NCBI GenBank assembly: GCA_033442325.1
Contig: JAWQFM010000030.1
Span: 92,323 to 156,322, forward strand
Direction: 5' to 3'
DNA: 64,000 bases
DNA from: Salpingoeca rosetta
Lineage: Eukaryota; Protista; Choanoflagellata
A program made the translations under genes and the position numbers. The notes beneath the pieces were generated by a model. It did not search any database, had not been told where the DNA came from, and worked only from the letters and a program-made list of their open reading frames with translations. This document shows, one piece after another, positions 22,878-36,298 of the stretch (positions are counted from its first letter, which is position 1; every line of letters starts with the position of its first letter).

Positions 22878-25108
22878 ATGAGGGGTGGAAGAGTGGGAGA
22901 TGTGGTGACAATGGACGCGGTGAAGGCACTTGGTTGTCACAAGGCTGTGATGATCTTTGGCCCCCAGGCACATCGACGCAGCATTCAAGGGACGCTGGTG
23001 GCTCGCAGCGAAGAATCACGGGGAAGATGGGTCGTGGAGTGGGCCGAACAGGACATTGGCCGCGCTGGCATGCGAACAGAAGTGAGTGCGCGCTCGTTGC
23101 AGCTGGCGCAAGCGCCACCACCGCCGATTGGACGTGTCGCCTCAACCCCAAGTGCACCAGCGCCACCCTCCACGCATGCCCCAAGCACTGTGACACCCGA
23201 CATGCCGCCTGTGCCACCCCAGGGCCCAACGTCCCCCACATCTCATGCAGCACAGCCAGCTTCATCGTTGGATTCCCCACGCGCAGCCGAAGCCGTTCAA
23301 GCGCCACCACCAGCCCCGGAAGTGCACCCACCCTCCAGTATTGTCCCCGCGCATGCCACAAGTTCTCCCGACAGCATGGTGCCGCCAACTCCACCCGACC
23401 CCGCAGCTCTTCCTGTCAGCGGTCCCGATCACACGGCACCACCCCCTTCCTCACAACCGGCCACGACAATGTCACCCAGCCTTCCACTCGACCCTCCCGG
23501 TGCCGCCGCATCCGCGAATGACACAGTGGTGAAGCATGGTGTTGTGTGGACTCGAAGGCACGACACTGTCACACTGACAGGCCCGGCCCACCGTGAGCAA
23601 CACCGCTTCTCGTCGGGACTTGATCTTCTGACAGCTGCAGACACGCGCGAGCCACTCCACTACTTTCTGCACATGATGCCACTACAGTTCATCCGCGAAA
23701 CAACCGAGTTCACGTCGAGAACGTTGTTTCAGCAACGCCAACGTCCTTGCACGGAACATGAGGTCCTCAAGACAATTGGGCTACTCGTGGCGTGCTCCGT
23801 CTCCGGCATGTCAAACCTACGCGAGAACTGGAGTGGAGGTCACATGTTCAAACCCTCCCCACGGCTCGGCGACCTTTCTGGGATGGGCGTTCGGAGGTTC
23901 GAGGTTCGTCTCGCTTGCCCGTGCTGCATGCTCATTGCTCCTTCCTCGCGTGGCTGTTCCTGCTCATCAATGATTGTGCTCCCCCCCTTCCACACAAGCA
24001 ATAACCTTACATGTGTGCCGCTTGTATGATATGATATGCAGGCGATCCTGGCGGCGCTCACATTCTCTGAGCGCGAAGCAACGGACAACGGGTTCAGAGC
24101 CTTTGCTGACCCTCTCATTCACATGTTCAACACCCAGAGAAGGCGCATTACCCCCGGTCACTTCCTGGTGATTGATGAGTCGATGTCAGGTTGGCTGGGT
24201 GGCTGGGAATCGGAAGGCGCGCCACCTCACCGAACCTACATCCCTCGCAAGCCTGTACCCAAAGGGATGGAGTTGAAGAAGTTGGCGGATGGCGAGACAG
24301 GGATCATGCTCCAACTCGAACTCCAAGTGTGTGTGTGTGTGGTGTGTGTGTGTGTGTGTGCGTGCGTGCGTGTGTGCTTGCGTGTGTGCGTGCGTGTGTG
24401 CATGCGTGTGTGTCTGAGCCATGTTGACGCTTCAACGCCTTCAACTCACTGTATCTGTCACTGACACGTGCACAGGAATCCAAAGATCATATGTACGACT
24501 GTGATTACGCTGCCTTTGGCAATGCAGCTGCATGGCCTTTGCGATTGACAAAACCCTGGCATCACACTGGCCGCACTGTCCTGGGCGACTCTGCGTTCGC
24601 GAGTGTTCAAACCGCACTTGCTCTCAAGCAGCACGCAGGCCTCGGTTTCATCGGCGTGGTCAAGACATCAACACGCTCGTTTCCTCAGAAAGAGCTCGAG
24701 GAATGGGTTGGCGCGCATTCCGGCGAGGAAGCGACAGCGACAGCCAACGTGCAAGGGTGAGATGAGACACGCGCTGTTCTTGTGCTCCCCAATGTGTGTG
24801 GTGCGCATCCTCTGCAGTGCCTCTGCTTCACCCCATGACTGGCACACTGATGGTTGCCCTGTGTTGACCTGACTGCTTCATTTCAGGGTTCCACTGATCG
24901 CACATGTTTGGAGAAACTTTGCTGCAATCCGGTTCGTCGCCAGCTGTTCATCGACCGAGCCGGGCGAACCCGCAAGGAAGCGCGCAAAGACGTTCTCAAG
25001 TGGCAACTCGAGCACCAGTGAGAGCGCTAGTGGCAGCATCATCGGCGTTGAAAGCAACAGCGACACCAACCGTGCCACCGATCCGCCACAGCTTGACTCT
25101 GCTGCTGG

Positions 25109-25149
<41 letters not shown>

Positions 25150-25763
25150 TTGATGACGGCAGTACCGAGAATGATGCACGCAGCACCTCCGAACGTGTAA
25201 TCAGACGCAGCACACTGGTTGCCAATTATCAGAAGTACTCGAACACTATTGACGTCCACAACCACAGAAGACAGGCGTGCCTTGGAATTGAGCGACATTG
25301 GCGAACCCGGCAGTGGAAGAATCGCTTGTTCTCGACCATCTTAGGTATGTGCGTCGTCGACGCCCACCTCCTGTATCAGCACCGTACAGGCGAGCGCCTG
25401 TCTACTGAGGCGTTCGCTGTGCGGCTTGCTCAATCCCTCATCAACAACACACTCAGTGGCCACGACGAGGGCCGGCCAGCGCGACGAAGGCGCCAGCTTG
25501 GCGTGCGGTCAACAGTGTCCCGTCCCACTCGTGTGCCCCCACAACACGTGCTTGTACCGCTGCAGGAGCTGCCCGAATATCAACGCAGTGGTGCAGCCAA
25601 GTACCCGCGTCGGCACTGCTCAGAGTGCAAACGCCTCACCCTCCTGTTCTGCTTGTACTGCCATGTTGTACATGCAAAGGTTGTCCCTGTGTGTGGCACC
25701 AACCACCACACCTGCTTCATCGCGCATGCCGACCGAGAGGCAGACGATGACGACGCATTTTAG
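22878..25763 (+). CDS. piggyBac-like DDD transposase (DDE_Tnp_1_7/PGBD family) with C-terminal Cys/His cluster; 4 exons
   Basis: Introns 23904-24041, 24327-24475 and 24757-24886 give an uninterrupted frame. Motifs: LVIDESM (D1), YIPRKPVPKG, VLGDSAFAS (D2), FIGVVK, YQKYSNTIDVHNHRR (D3), WKNRLF...VDAHLLY, and C-terminal CSEC..FCLYC..C..HTCFIAH. Confidence 0.9.
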
Positions 25764-26473
25764 AATTGTTGACATGATTTCATGCGCGAACAGAAAAATG
25801 GAGTAAATGTTCATGGAATTTTCTATCACTGCTATTTATGGTGACGAAAACATGTGAAAGCAGGGCTTGTGGTATCAGCGATGATACGGTGTATCATTGT
25901 TGCTGTCCATTTAGCCAACAACAACAACCAAAACAACAACAACAACAACTCGCAGTACTACATTTTGTGATGTTTTTTTAAAAATGCACGAAACATCCCA
26001 TTTTCATGGCCAAATTTTTTTCGTGTCCTCCCTCTCTGTTGTCGCGTCGCACCTTCTGCTGCCTCCATCCATCCAATCAATCAATCATCAGCATCAGCAG
26101 CATCCATTCACCACGACACCTGCACACCCACACGCCAAACACTGTGCGGTGTTTGCTTCGTGTTTGCTTGTGCGTCTTGCTCGTCGATTCGACACACACA
26201 CACCTGTTTGAAACCCGGTCTTTGTGCAGGGCGAGTGCTTTGCATTCTTATTCCTTTGGTCTGATCTCTTGTGATTTCGCTCATCTCCCGAGCGCGTGTG
26301 TGGTGTTGCCCAACAACAACAAGAGACAACAACAACAACACACCCATCAGCATCATCTTCACCAGCACAGCACCATCACAGCAGCAGCGTGCGCGCTTCA
26401 CCAGGCAGCCTCTGATTCCTTCCTTCTTCCTTCCACCTTCTGCTTCTCCCCCTGTTCCAACAACCGCCACCCC

Positions 26474-27668
26474 ATGGCATCACCGGCCACGATGACGGGC
26501 GCCGCGAGGCCAATCCATCTCCCGGTGCGTCGGCGCCACCGCGCGCCCTCCACGCCACACCAAGAGCAAGCACAAGAGCAAGAGCAACACCAGCAGCAAG
26601 AACGCGACACTGGTAAAGACGTAGATGCCACCAAGACGCCGCCCACGCTGATGGAGGAGATCCGGGCGCTCCTGCACTCGGATTTGGGGCGCATGCCAGA
26701 TGTGGTTGACTTTATCCGCAAACACGCGCACAACATCGACTCCCTCCCGCGCGTCGCCCTCATGAACGTATGCACATGCTGTGTTTGTGTTGGCGAGAGG
26801 GGTCGTCTATGCCTGCGTTCATGTGTTGTGTGGGTGTGGGTGTGTTGGGGGGGGGGGGGTGTATGTGTGGGTGTGGGTGGGTGTATGTGTTGTGTGGGTG
26901 TACGTGGGTGTATATATGTGTGGGTGTGCGTCTATCTGCGTCTGTGTCTGCCTGTGTGTCTGTGTCTGCCTCTGCGTCTGTGTCTGTGTCTGCCTGTTAT
27001 GTTTACGTGGCGTGCATGTTGTGCTGCTTGCTGCCTACCAGACAATGAACTCGCCACCAGTCATTCACACGCACACGCACACGCACACACGTACATACAC
27101 ACCCCATCGCCACGCTCCTTCCGTGCCTCACCATCCCACCCCCAAATCACAGATGCGTGACCTGTCCAACTCCTTCATCAAGAAGATTGCGCATCTGCCA
27201 GCCGTCGAGTCTGTCCTCATCGACTATCTCATGGCTGAGGATGAGCAGTGGGCCGCATATCTTACAGAGCAGTTCAAGTCTGGCGTTGCGTTCGTCGACG
27301 CGTTCCAGCAGGGCCTGTACAGCCGCTTCCCGTCGTGGACAGTGCCGGAGACGATTACACGCCGGCTCGCATCCATGCCCGCCGTCAAGCAGGCGGTCGT
27401 GTCGTACCTCACGTCCATGGAGGCAACAGGCGGCAGTCTCCTTCGCCGCGTCGTCGCCAAGAACGTCGAGCACATGCGCGATTTGCAGTCGCTGGTTGCG
27501 CGCCATCTTGACTCTCTGCCAACACTCAAACAGCTGCGAGAGGCCCACTACGAAGGCATCCCTGAACTCAAGCACTTTGACGTGGGTTTGATTGATTGCG
27601 TGTGTGGTGAGAGGGGTTGGGAATGTGTGTGTGTGTGTGTGTGTGTGTTGTGTTGTGTTGTGTTGTGT

Positions 27669-27733
<65 letters not shown>

Positions 27734-28295
27734 TGCCCTTCATTTGCTTGCATTGTGTTCTCTGCATTGTGCTCCCCGTGTGCATTTGGCACAGAGCCTC
27801 CTCATCACCANNNNNNNNNNNNNNNNNNNNNNNNNNNNNNNNNNNNNNNNNNNNNNNNNNNNNNNNNNNNNNNNNNNNNNNNNNNNNNNNNNNNNNNNNN
27901 NNNNNNNNNNTGATCCCACTCGCAACCATCACTCTCTCCACGCTATTTTCTCACACACCAAATTCGTCTATCCCAGTACTCTGTGTCTCGCCATATCCTA
28001 GGAGCCCCCCGCCCTCACATTGATACTCTGCTGATCTCTGGCCCTTTTGCGTAGCAGTAATCACTGGGGCGCTGGTGGTAGGGACACCCCAGCCATTGTT
28101 CATTCTCATACGAGAATTAAGACATCACTAATCGTCCAATCCATAAACTACGTCACGCCTCTTTCACCTGTTCTCTCATCTTCTTGTCTTTAGAACATGG
28201 TTCCAAGATTCCTTCAAAAAGACATGATTTAACATCAGCGAGATGCGGAGAGGGGTTGCTGGTTGATTACTGTTAAGTTCACTATCTCACCCACA

Positions 28296-28367
<72 letters not shown>

Positions 28368-28841
28368 GTCTGTCATCAGAGGAATGAGCGAATGACTTCG
28401 GCGCCAATGGTCTGGAACAGGTTCGGGCGGCGGGATGGAGATTCGAGATCAGAAGCGCACACGCGCGACGACCGCGACACAAGGGATGTAACCTCCTGAT
28501 GGCGGCGATCATGTGGTGATGGTGTTTGTCAGTGGTGGTGTTTGATGGTGATGGTGTGTGTGTGTGTTGGTGTGTTGTGTTTCAAGGGGCCTGGCGCCGC
28601 CCTGTTCATTGCCATAATTGGTTCTTCCTTCCCTCACCCCCCCCCCCCACTCCGGGTGGACTTTTCTGGGCTCCCGGCGGTGGTTTTGGGATTCCCCAAG
28701 GCAGGGCAACACCTTGCCTTCAAGGGCGGCTAAGAACTTGACGTGTTCTACCTTGGTTTCCCCGGTTTTTTTGGCCTTCTCGCCGCCTGGGGATCAAACT
28801 CCTGAATTGTGTGTGAGTTTGCGTGCGCGTGTGTTTGAGTT

Positions 28842-28933
<92 letters not shown>

Positions 28934-29368
28934 TCTGTGAGTCTGTGTCTGTGTCTGTGTCTGTGTCCGTGTCCGTGTCCGTGTCCGTGTCTGTGCGTCT
29001 ATCTGGTTGTTCTCTTTTTCTTTCTTTTTTCTGCACGCCATCCCCTTTGTATGTGTACATCTTCGTCTTCCCTCGACAATCATTTCACCATACCATCACC
29101 ACCGCCCCTGTCACATCACTGTGCTTGCAGGCAAATGCTTGAAGGCCCCGACAAGAAACACATCCGCGTGTTGTTCTTCATTGCGCTCGGCGCCACGTCG
29201 TTTCTACCACAGATGCATTTCCTCGCGCTGTACGGCGTCGACCACTACCTCGCCATCGTCGACGTCATCTGGTCCGTTGGAAGGGGGGAGGGGTTGGGGG
29301 CTCGTGTCCCCGTGTCTGTGTGTCTGTGTGTCTGTGTGTCTGTTTCTGTGTGTCTGTGTTTGTATCTG

Positions 29369-29425
<57 letters not shown>

Positions 29426-29994
29426 CGCCTGTCTGTCTGTGATGGTCAGTGAAGGGATTCATGGACACCACAAGCGATGTGCACTGTCTTCACTGTGTTC
29501 TCATGCACACACCATACCTCATTCATTCCTCCTCTCACGCCACCACCACCATCATTACCGCCACCCGTCATCAGGTTGTTTGCCGTGTCTGTGCCGCTGT
29601 ATCTGATCGGGAGCGTCGTGTTTGTCTTCAAGTTCCCAGAGCGCTTCTTCCCCGGCAGATTCGACATCTGGGTACGAAGCCATCGTGTTATGTTGTGGCT
29701 GTCTGTCTGTCTGTCTGTGTGTGTGTGTGTGTACCTGATTGTCTGTGTCTGTGTGCGTCTGTATGGCTGTCTACCTGCCTGCCCATCTGCCTCTGCATGT
29801 GTGTGTGTGTGTCTGTGTCTGCTTCCGCTCATATCGCACTGGCTGCCCGGTGCTCGCTGCTCTCTCACCCCCGCCATCACACCATTTCCACCCCCGCCAT
29901 CACACCATTTCCACCACCGCCACGAACAGTTCCACAGTCATCAGCTCTGGCACATCTTTGTCATTCTCGCGGCATACGCACACTACCTGGTAAC

Positions 29995-30058
<64 letters not shown>

Positions 30059-30084
30059 GGAGGACATTGTTATTGTTCTTGTTC

Positions 30085-30161
<77 letters not shown>

Positions 30162-30458
30162 ATGACGATGATGGATGTGCGTTGGTTGTGTGCTGACCAT
30201 TTTGTTGTGCGCTGACTGCGTTGTTTGAAGCTGGTGCAATGTCTCCACACATTCAACACATTCAACACCTTCAACACATTCAACACATTCAACGTGCTCC
30301 CTCTCACCCAACTCAACCCCCCCCCCCCCTCGCATCGCCACCAACAGTGCATGTACAACATGATGCATGCGCGGCAGGAGCTCGGCTGTACAATGGAGAA
30401 TGAATACGCGCTGCTCGCAGATCAACAGATGCAACTCGATGCGGGCGCAACATCGTGA
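26474..30458 (+). CDS. PAQR / adiponectin-receptor (HlyIII) family protein with long N-terminal extension; middle exons lost in gap or garbled
   Basis: C-terminal exons HIRVLFFIALGATSFLPQMH, YLIGSVVFVFKFPERFFPGRFDIW and FHSHQLWHIFVILAAYAH carry the PAQR signature. Stop at 30456-30458. N-terminal exons are 26474-~26767 and ~27153-27581; their linkage across the gap is inferred. Confidence 0.82.
28363..28556. repeat. Exact duplicate of 31721-31914 (terminal exon of PGS1)
   Basis: Identical 194-bp segments, both preceded by (CA)n tracts near N gaps. Confidence 0.9.
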
Positions 30459-31338
30459 TGGCAGAGCGCTGCCCTCACATTTCCACACACACTCACACAC
30501 TGACGGTGTGTGATCATGACGCGACGTGATTGTGGTTCGCTTCCTTCCTAATTTGCTGTAGCTAATTGCTTTTATCAGTGTGTTTGTTGCGTGTGTGTAT
30601 GTGTGTGTGTGTGTGCGTCTCCTAAACAACGGCGGATCAGTTTATTGTGCGCGTGTATTCTTTCTTTTTTGCCTTGGTCTTGTTCTGTCATTGCTCCTGT
30701 CTCTCCTGTGCTCCTGTTGTCTTGCTTGTTTGCTTGTGTTGGTTTGCATTCTCGCTATCGGCGTGACTTTTGATTGATGGCCGCTGCGTTGCGTTTGTCG
30801 TGGGTGTTGCCCATGTGTTTGTCCCACCCGCCCCCTTGCCCTCTTTCTTTATCTTTTTTTTTTTTTCAGCTCTCGTCAAAACCAACTTGCTTTCTTCGTT
30901 TAGCTCTCTCTCTCTCTCTCTCCCCCCAATACCAGCGTACGCGTGCGCGTGTGCGCTGTGCGTTTCTCGTTTCATGTTGACGTGTGTTTGTGTGCGTGCA
31001 CATTGCTTCGTGTTCAACACGCGTCACGCGTGTTGCGTTTGTTCGTCTGCATGATCAAACCCACGCACACATGCAATCGCATCTGATACATGCACTGCGC
31101 CAGCACAAACAAATACGATGATCACATGCACGTGGAAGAATTCGCCACGCCCTCTCGTTCAACAGACTCATGAACACATGAACACATGAGAACACATGAA
31201 CACATGAACCCCTGAGCTATCAACCAATCCAATCAATCAAAGCGACCTCGCTTGTGCACAATGTCAGCTACACGATCACCACCACCACCACTGCTGCTAC
31301 TACTGCTGCTGCTACTGCGACTGCGACTTTCGCTGCAA

Positions 31339-31428
<90 letters not shown>

Positions 31429-31662
31429 NNNNNNNNNNNNNNNNNNNNNNNNNNNNNNNNNNNNNNNNNNNNNNNNNNNNNNNNNNNNNNNNNNNNNNNN
31501 NNNNNNNNNNNNNNNNNNNNNNNNNNNNNNNNNNNNNNNNNNNNNNNNNNNNNNNNNNNNNNNNNNNNNNNNNNNNNNNNNNNNNNNNNNNNNNNNNNNN
31601 NNNNNNNNNNNNNNNNNNNNNNNNNNNNNNNNNNNNNNNNNNNNNNNNNNNNNNNNNNNNNN

Positions 31663-31725
<63 letters not shown>

Positions 31726-31733
31726 GTCTGTCA

Positions 31734-33361
31734 TCAGAGGAATGAGCGAATGACTTCGGCGCCAATGGTCTGGAACAGGTTCGGGCGGCGGGATGGAGAT
31801 TCGAGATCAGAAGCGCACACGCGCGACGACCGCGACACAAGGGATGTAACCTCCTGATGGCGGCGATCATGTGGTGATGGTGTTTGTCAGTGGTGGTGTT
31901 TGATGGTGATGGTGATGGTGATGGTGGTGGTGGTTGCGGTGGTTGTGATGGCCAGGATGTGAGAGTTAGATAGAGGCTGGCAAGCAAACCCATGTTTCAC
32001 CCAAGACATGCAATAGACAACCCCCCCCCCACACACACATACACTCACTCACTCACTCACTCACTCACTCACTCACTCACTCACTCACTCACTCACTCAC
32101 TCACTCACTCACTCACTCACTCACTCACTCACTCACACACACACGACTGTCAAGTACAGTGGCTGACAGCACACCATTGTCTCCCGCACCTTGTCCAGTT
32201 CTGCCTGCAAGCACGGGTTTGACGTCACAATGACGGCCTGTGCCTCCAAATCGCGGTCAGACGAGCGCTGGCCAAAGTTGGACGAGCCGACAATCGTCAC
32301 GCTCGGCGCGGCGCTGGTGGAATCACGGACCCACATGCCTGGCAGTGGCAGGCGTTGCAATGGAGGGTGGGATGAGGAGGTGGTGAGTTGAGGTGCTGGC
32401 GAAGCGAGATGGGTAATGTAGTTGGGGATGCATGACGTGTCAACCTGGATCATGCGAACAAACTTGTGTTTCGATTCATGAACACACACACACGCACACA
32501 CACACACACATCTAAACACAAAGCAACACCTTTAGCGTGGAATGTCCAGCCCTCACGCTCGTACTCCATCGCCTCCACGCGGGCGTGCGGCTGCAGCGAT
32601 TGCAGGAACGAGCGCAGCATGTGTGTGTATGCGGCCGGGATGTGCCCACGAGGACCGCGAGCACCGAGGAACCCGTTGGCGCGAGGCGACGCGCAGATGA
32701 CCCGACACGACGACTGGTGATGGGATGGTGATGGTGGAGAGATGGTTGTGAGTGGTTGAAATGGAGACAAGACGTCAAGGATACAGAGTGTGCACGCACA
32801 CACACACAACACAACACAACACACAACACAACACAACAACACGGCACAGCACAACACAACACAACACAACACACACCTGAGATGAGAGGAGTGCGGCCGT
32901 GTTTGCTGGGGAGAGGTTGAAGTAGCCTGTCGCCATATCCACGTGTGACGACGACGACAGCGATCGCAGCAGCGCTGATGATCATGACAAGGTGGTGGTG
33001 GTGATGGTGGTTGAGGTGGTGCACTTTGTTGAGCTGGTTGATGTCGTGACGTGTGTTGGGTTGGGTCATCGCCGTGTTGTCTGTCACGATTGTTGAGTGG
33101 CGCACGTGGTGGCCAAGGCATGCCATGACGCCAACAACAGTTGCTGCACACATGCACACACACATGCACGGAGCACACTCTGCTTCACTTCGTTGCTTCA
33201 CCTGTCATGCACTCCTCCTCCTGTCGAACTCCAAACGGGCCCATCTGTCAACAGAACAGTGGGGTGTGTACGTGTGTATGTGTGTGTATGTGTGTGTGTA
33301 TGTGTGTGTGAATTCAAAACTTGAGCACCAAACGACAACAGCACACACACGCACACACACA

Positions 33362-33439
<78 letters not shown>

Positions 33440-33765
33440 TACACAAAACCCGTTGTGTGCAACACGCAGCACAACACAGCACATTACACGCCACGCAACA
33501 AGGCGTCGTGCCAGGTGACACGCCCTCCCCCACCTGTACGAGCGGATACACGCGCGTGTCTGTTGGGCGCGGACCGGATGAATTGTCCGCACATGTGTTT
33601 GCAGAACAGAGGAGGGATTCCACTTTGGAGCGAACGAGTGCGCACGGAATTCGGCGATCCGCGTGTGCCGCGTGTGTAATCCAACACCACCGTCGTCTGC
33701 AAACACGGGAACGCGCCCAGTATGAGTGTGTGTGTGTGTGTGTGTGTGCGTGTATGTGTGTGTGT

Positions 33766-33810
<45 letters not shown>

Positions 33811-35012
33811 ACACAGAGACAGCTTACACGTGATTATGGTCAACACACACAATCACATCCGCGTCAGCCAATCACCATCACCATCTTCACGCTATCTGCA
33901 AGCTCACCTCAAGGGAGGTATTGTCCTCCATTCGCTGCGTCAGAGCTGATACCTGCAAAGATAAGACATGTTCTAAGTTAGCGTCGGTGTGTATGTGGCG
34001 AGCCCCATGTACTGTCCATCCTCATCAATACTCCACACTCTCCGCAGTGGCTAGGTCGCCACTCTCCCTACCTTGCTAATGCTCACCATCCCGTCAACCA
34101 CACACTCACTCACACATGCACACATGCATACACACATGCACACACGCACACACACACACACATGCACACGCACTCACACATGCACACATGCATACACACA
34201 TGCACACACACACGCACACACACACACACAAAACCACCCACCAAATCGCGCTCGTGTTGGCCTGTGCCAAGATAGAGGGAGGTGAGAACAACGCGGCGCT
34301 CTGCCGTCTTGATGGACTGCACCAGGCGAGTGTAGAACGCAGCCGGCTCCGTTTCCACATGGATGTCATCGCCATGCACATCAAAGTGCAAGCTCGTGTG
34401 AGCCTCTAACGCACGCGCAATGCCGCTGGCAGCCGCGCCCTTGGCGAATGTGGGCTCCTCTCCTCTTTCGGTGTGTTGTCGGCTGTCGCTCATCTTGGCC
34501 GACGATGCTCCTGTCACTTCTCCTCCATTTGCTACGCCATCACTACCACCATCGCCTCTCCCTGACGCTGATGACGCTGATGTTGACAGGGCTCGTGTTG
34601 ATGCTGGTGTCTTGGACGGGCTGGCCACGTTCATGGACACGACTGCACCGAGCCAGCGCATGCCCAGCATGCAAGCGCGTGTCTGACGGCGGAAAGCACT
34701 CGCAGTAACAGCCAGTCCGGCGCCCGTCATCGTGACTGCCCAGCGCGATGCCGCCGACGACGACGCAGCCGCCCGTTTCTGCTGCCGCGTGCCGCTCATG
34801 CCGCTGCCGTGCAGTCCACCCGCAGCACTCCAACGCCCTGCAAAACCATGACCGCTGCAGCCACTCAGGCTGCTACTGCTCCAACCACAACCACTGCCAC
34901 TACTGCTGCGACTGCAAGCGTTGCTGATCATGGCCTTGCTCAGCTGCGACTGCCGCCTCGTCCACCGCAACATCAGCGGTGCACGCACGCTGCTCACCTG
35001 TCTCATCATCAT
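31734..35012 (-). CDS. PGS1: Mitochondrial CDP-diacylglycerol--glycerol-3-phosphate 3-phosphatidyltransferase (PLD-type PGP synthase); internally deleted as assembled
   Basis: PAAFYTRLVQSIKTAERRVVLTSLYLGTG; LDYTRGTRG; DTRVYPLVQMGPF; ATGYFNL; ASPRANGFLGARG..IPAAY; EYEREGWTFHAKGMW; TIVGSSNFGQRSSDRDLEAQ; ends ...EVIRSFL*. Start codon uncertain (34973-35024). Confidence 0.88.
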
Positions 35013-35502
35013 CGTCATCAGCATCAACAGCACCACGGTTGTAGAAATGTTGCCATATCATCATACATTTTTCTCGACACAGCAGGAAGGCAAGGGCCTC
35101 AACGCACAACCCAAAGAATGCAATGTACCAAGGAGCCAAAAGGGGGGGGGGACACTCGCAACAAGCATCCTTTCTCCTGCCCTCAATCGCCCATTCACGA
35201 CACACATACACACACACCCATCCTCCCCTTCGCCTCGTTCACCCATTTCGGTCTTCACTCCATCGTTCATTCGTTGAGGCAACCAAACCAAACATAGTAA
35301 GAAAGACAAGAAAGGGGCACAGCAGTGCAAGACCCAACACCACTGCGCACGCATGCAGAGAAGGAACATGAAAGCAACAATAACAAACGATGACACCAGA
35401 CACGTATGTGAAACCACACGCGCCGATACAACGCCATCCCCACATCCATCAACACACACGCAGACACGCAGACACACACACACACACACACACACACTGC
35501 AG

Positions 35503-36249
35503 TCATGGGTTGACCACAGTGTAGCCATCGTTGTCACAGCTCGTGGCACATTGCTTGTCGCTCTCGTCATCATCATCGTCGCTGCTGTCGTCCACGAGAA
35601 CCGCACGCGTGTTGTCGTGACAAAGCGGTGACCTGTGCGGGTGCGGCTTGGGGCGTCCCGCATGCATCTTTGCGTCAATCTCGGAGTTTCGGCGACCAGA
35701 CACAGGCGACGACGAGGACTTGTTGATAATGGTGTACAGTGGGGCGACCAAGGCCGGCATGGTGCGTCGACGCATCTTGGGGGCGCGTGTTTCCGCGTGC
35801 ACGTCGCCGTCTGTGCTGATGAAGCTGAGATCGGACACGCCGGAGGTCGACGCATCGCTGTCGGCGCGGTGCCGCGAGAACGACTGCCTCAGCTTGACGA
35901 AAGGCCAGCGAATCACCTCCCACGTGGCGGACGGCTTGCGACGGTGCCGCATTGTGGTGGCGCGCATCTTCTTCACATCGTACCGGCGGGGTGGAAGCTG
36001 GGGCGACCCGGGGTCATGCTGCGTGCTCAGTTCTGAAGCAGAGTCACCTGTCATCTTCGGCAGGTCCCCTTGATATGTGCTGTGGTAGCCATACAGCGCA
36101 TCGTCATCTTCAGCGCCGTCACTCTCGTCATCGTCGATGACGGAATCGTGGCTGCTTCTGCAGTAGAAGGCGTGAGCATAGTCTGCCCTGTCGGCCTCCG
36201 TCTCAGTGCTGCGGTCCAGAAGATGCATGTCATAAATGGAGTCTGCGTC

Positions 36250-36298
<49 letters not shown>

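Noticed and set aside
25975-25985. TTAA as piggyBac target-site duplication
   Set aside because: No matching TTAA or inverted terminal sequence on the left flank.
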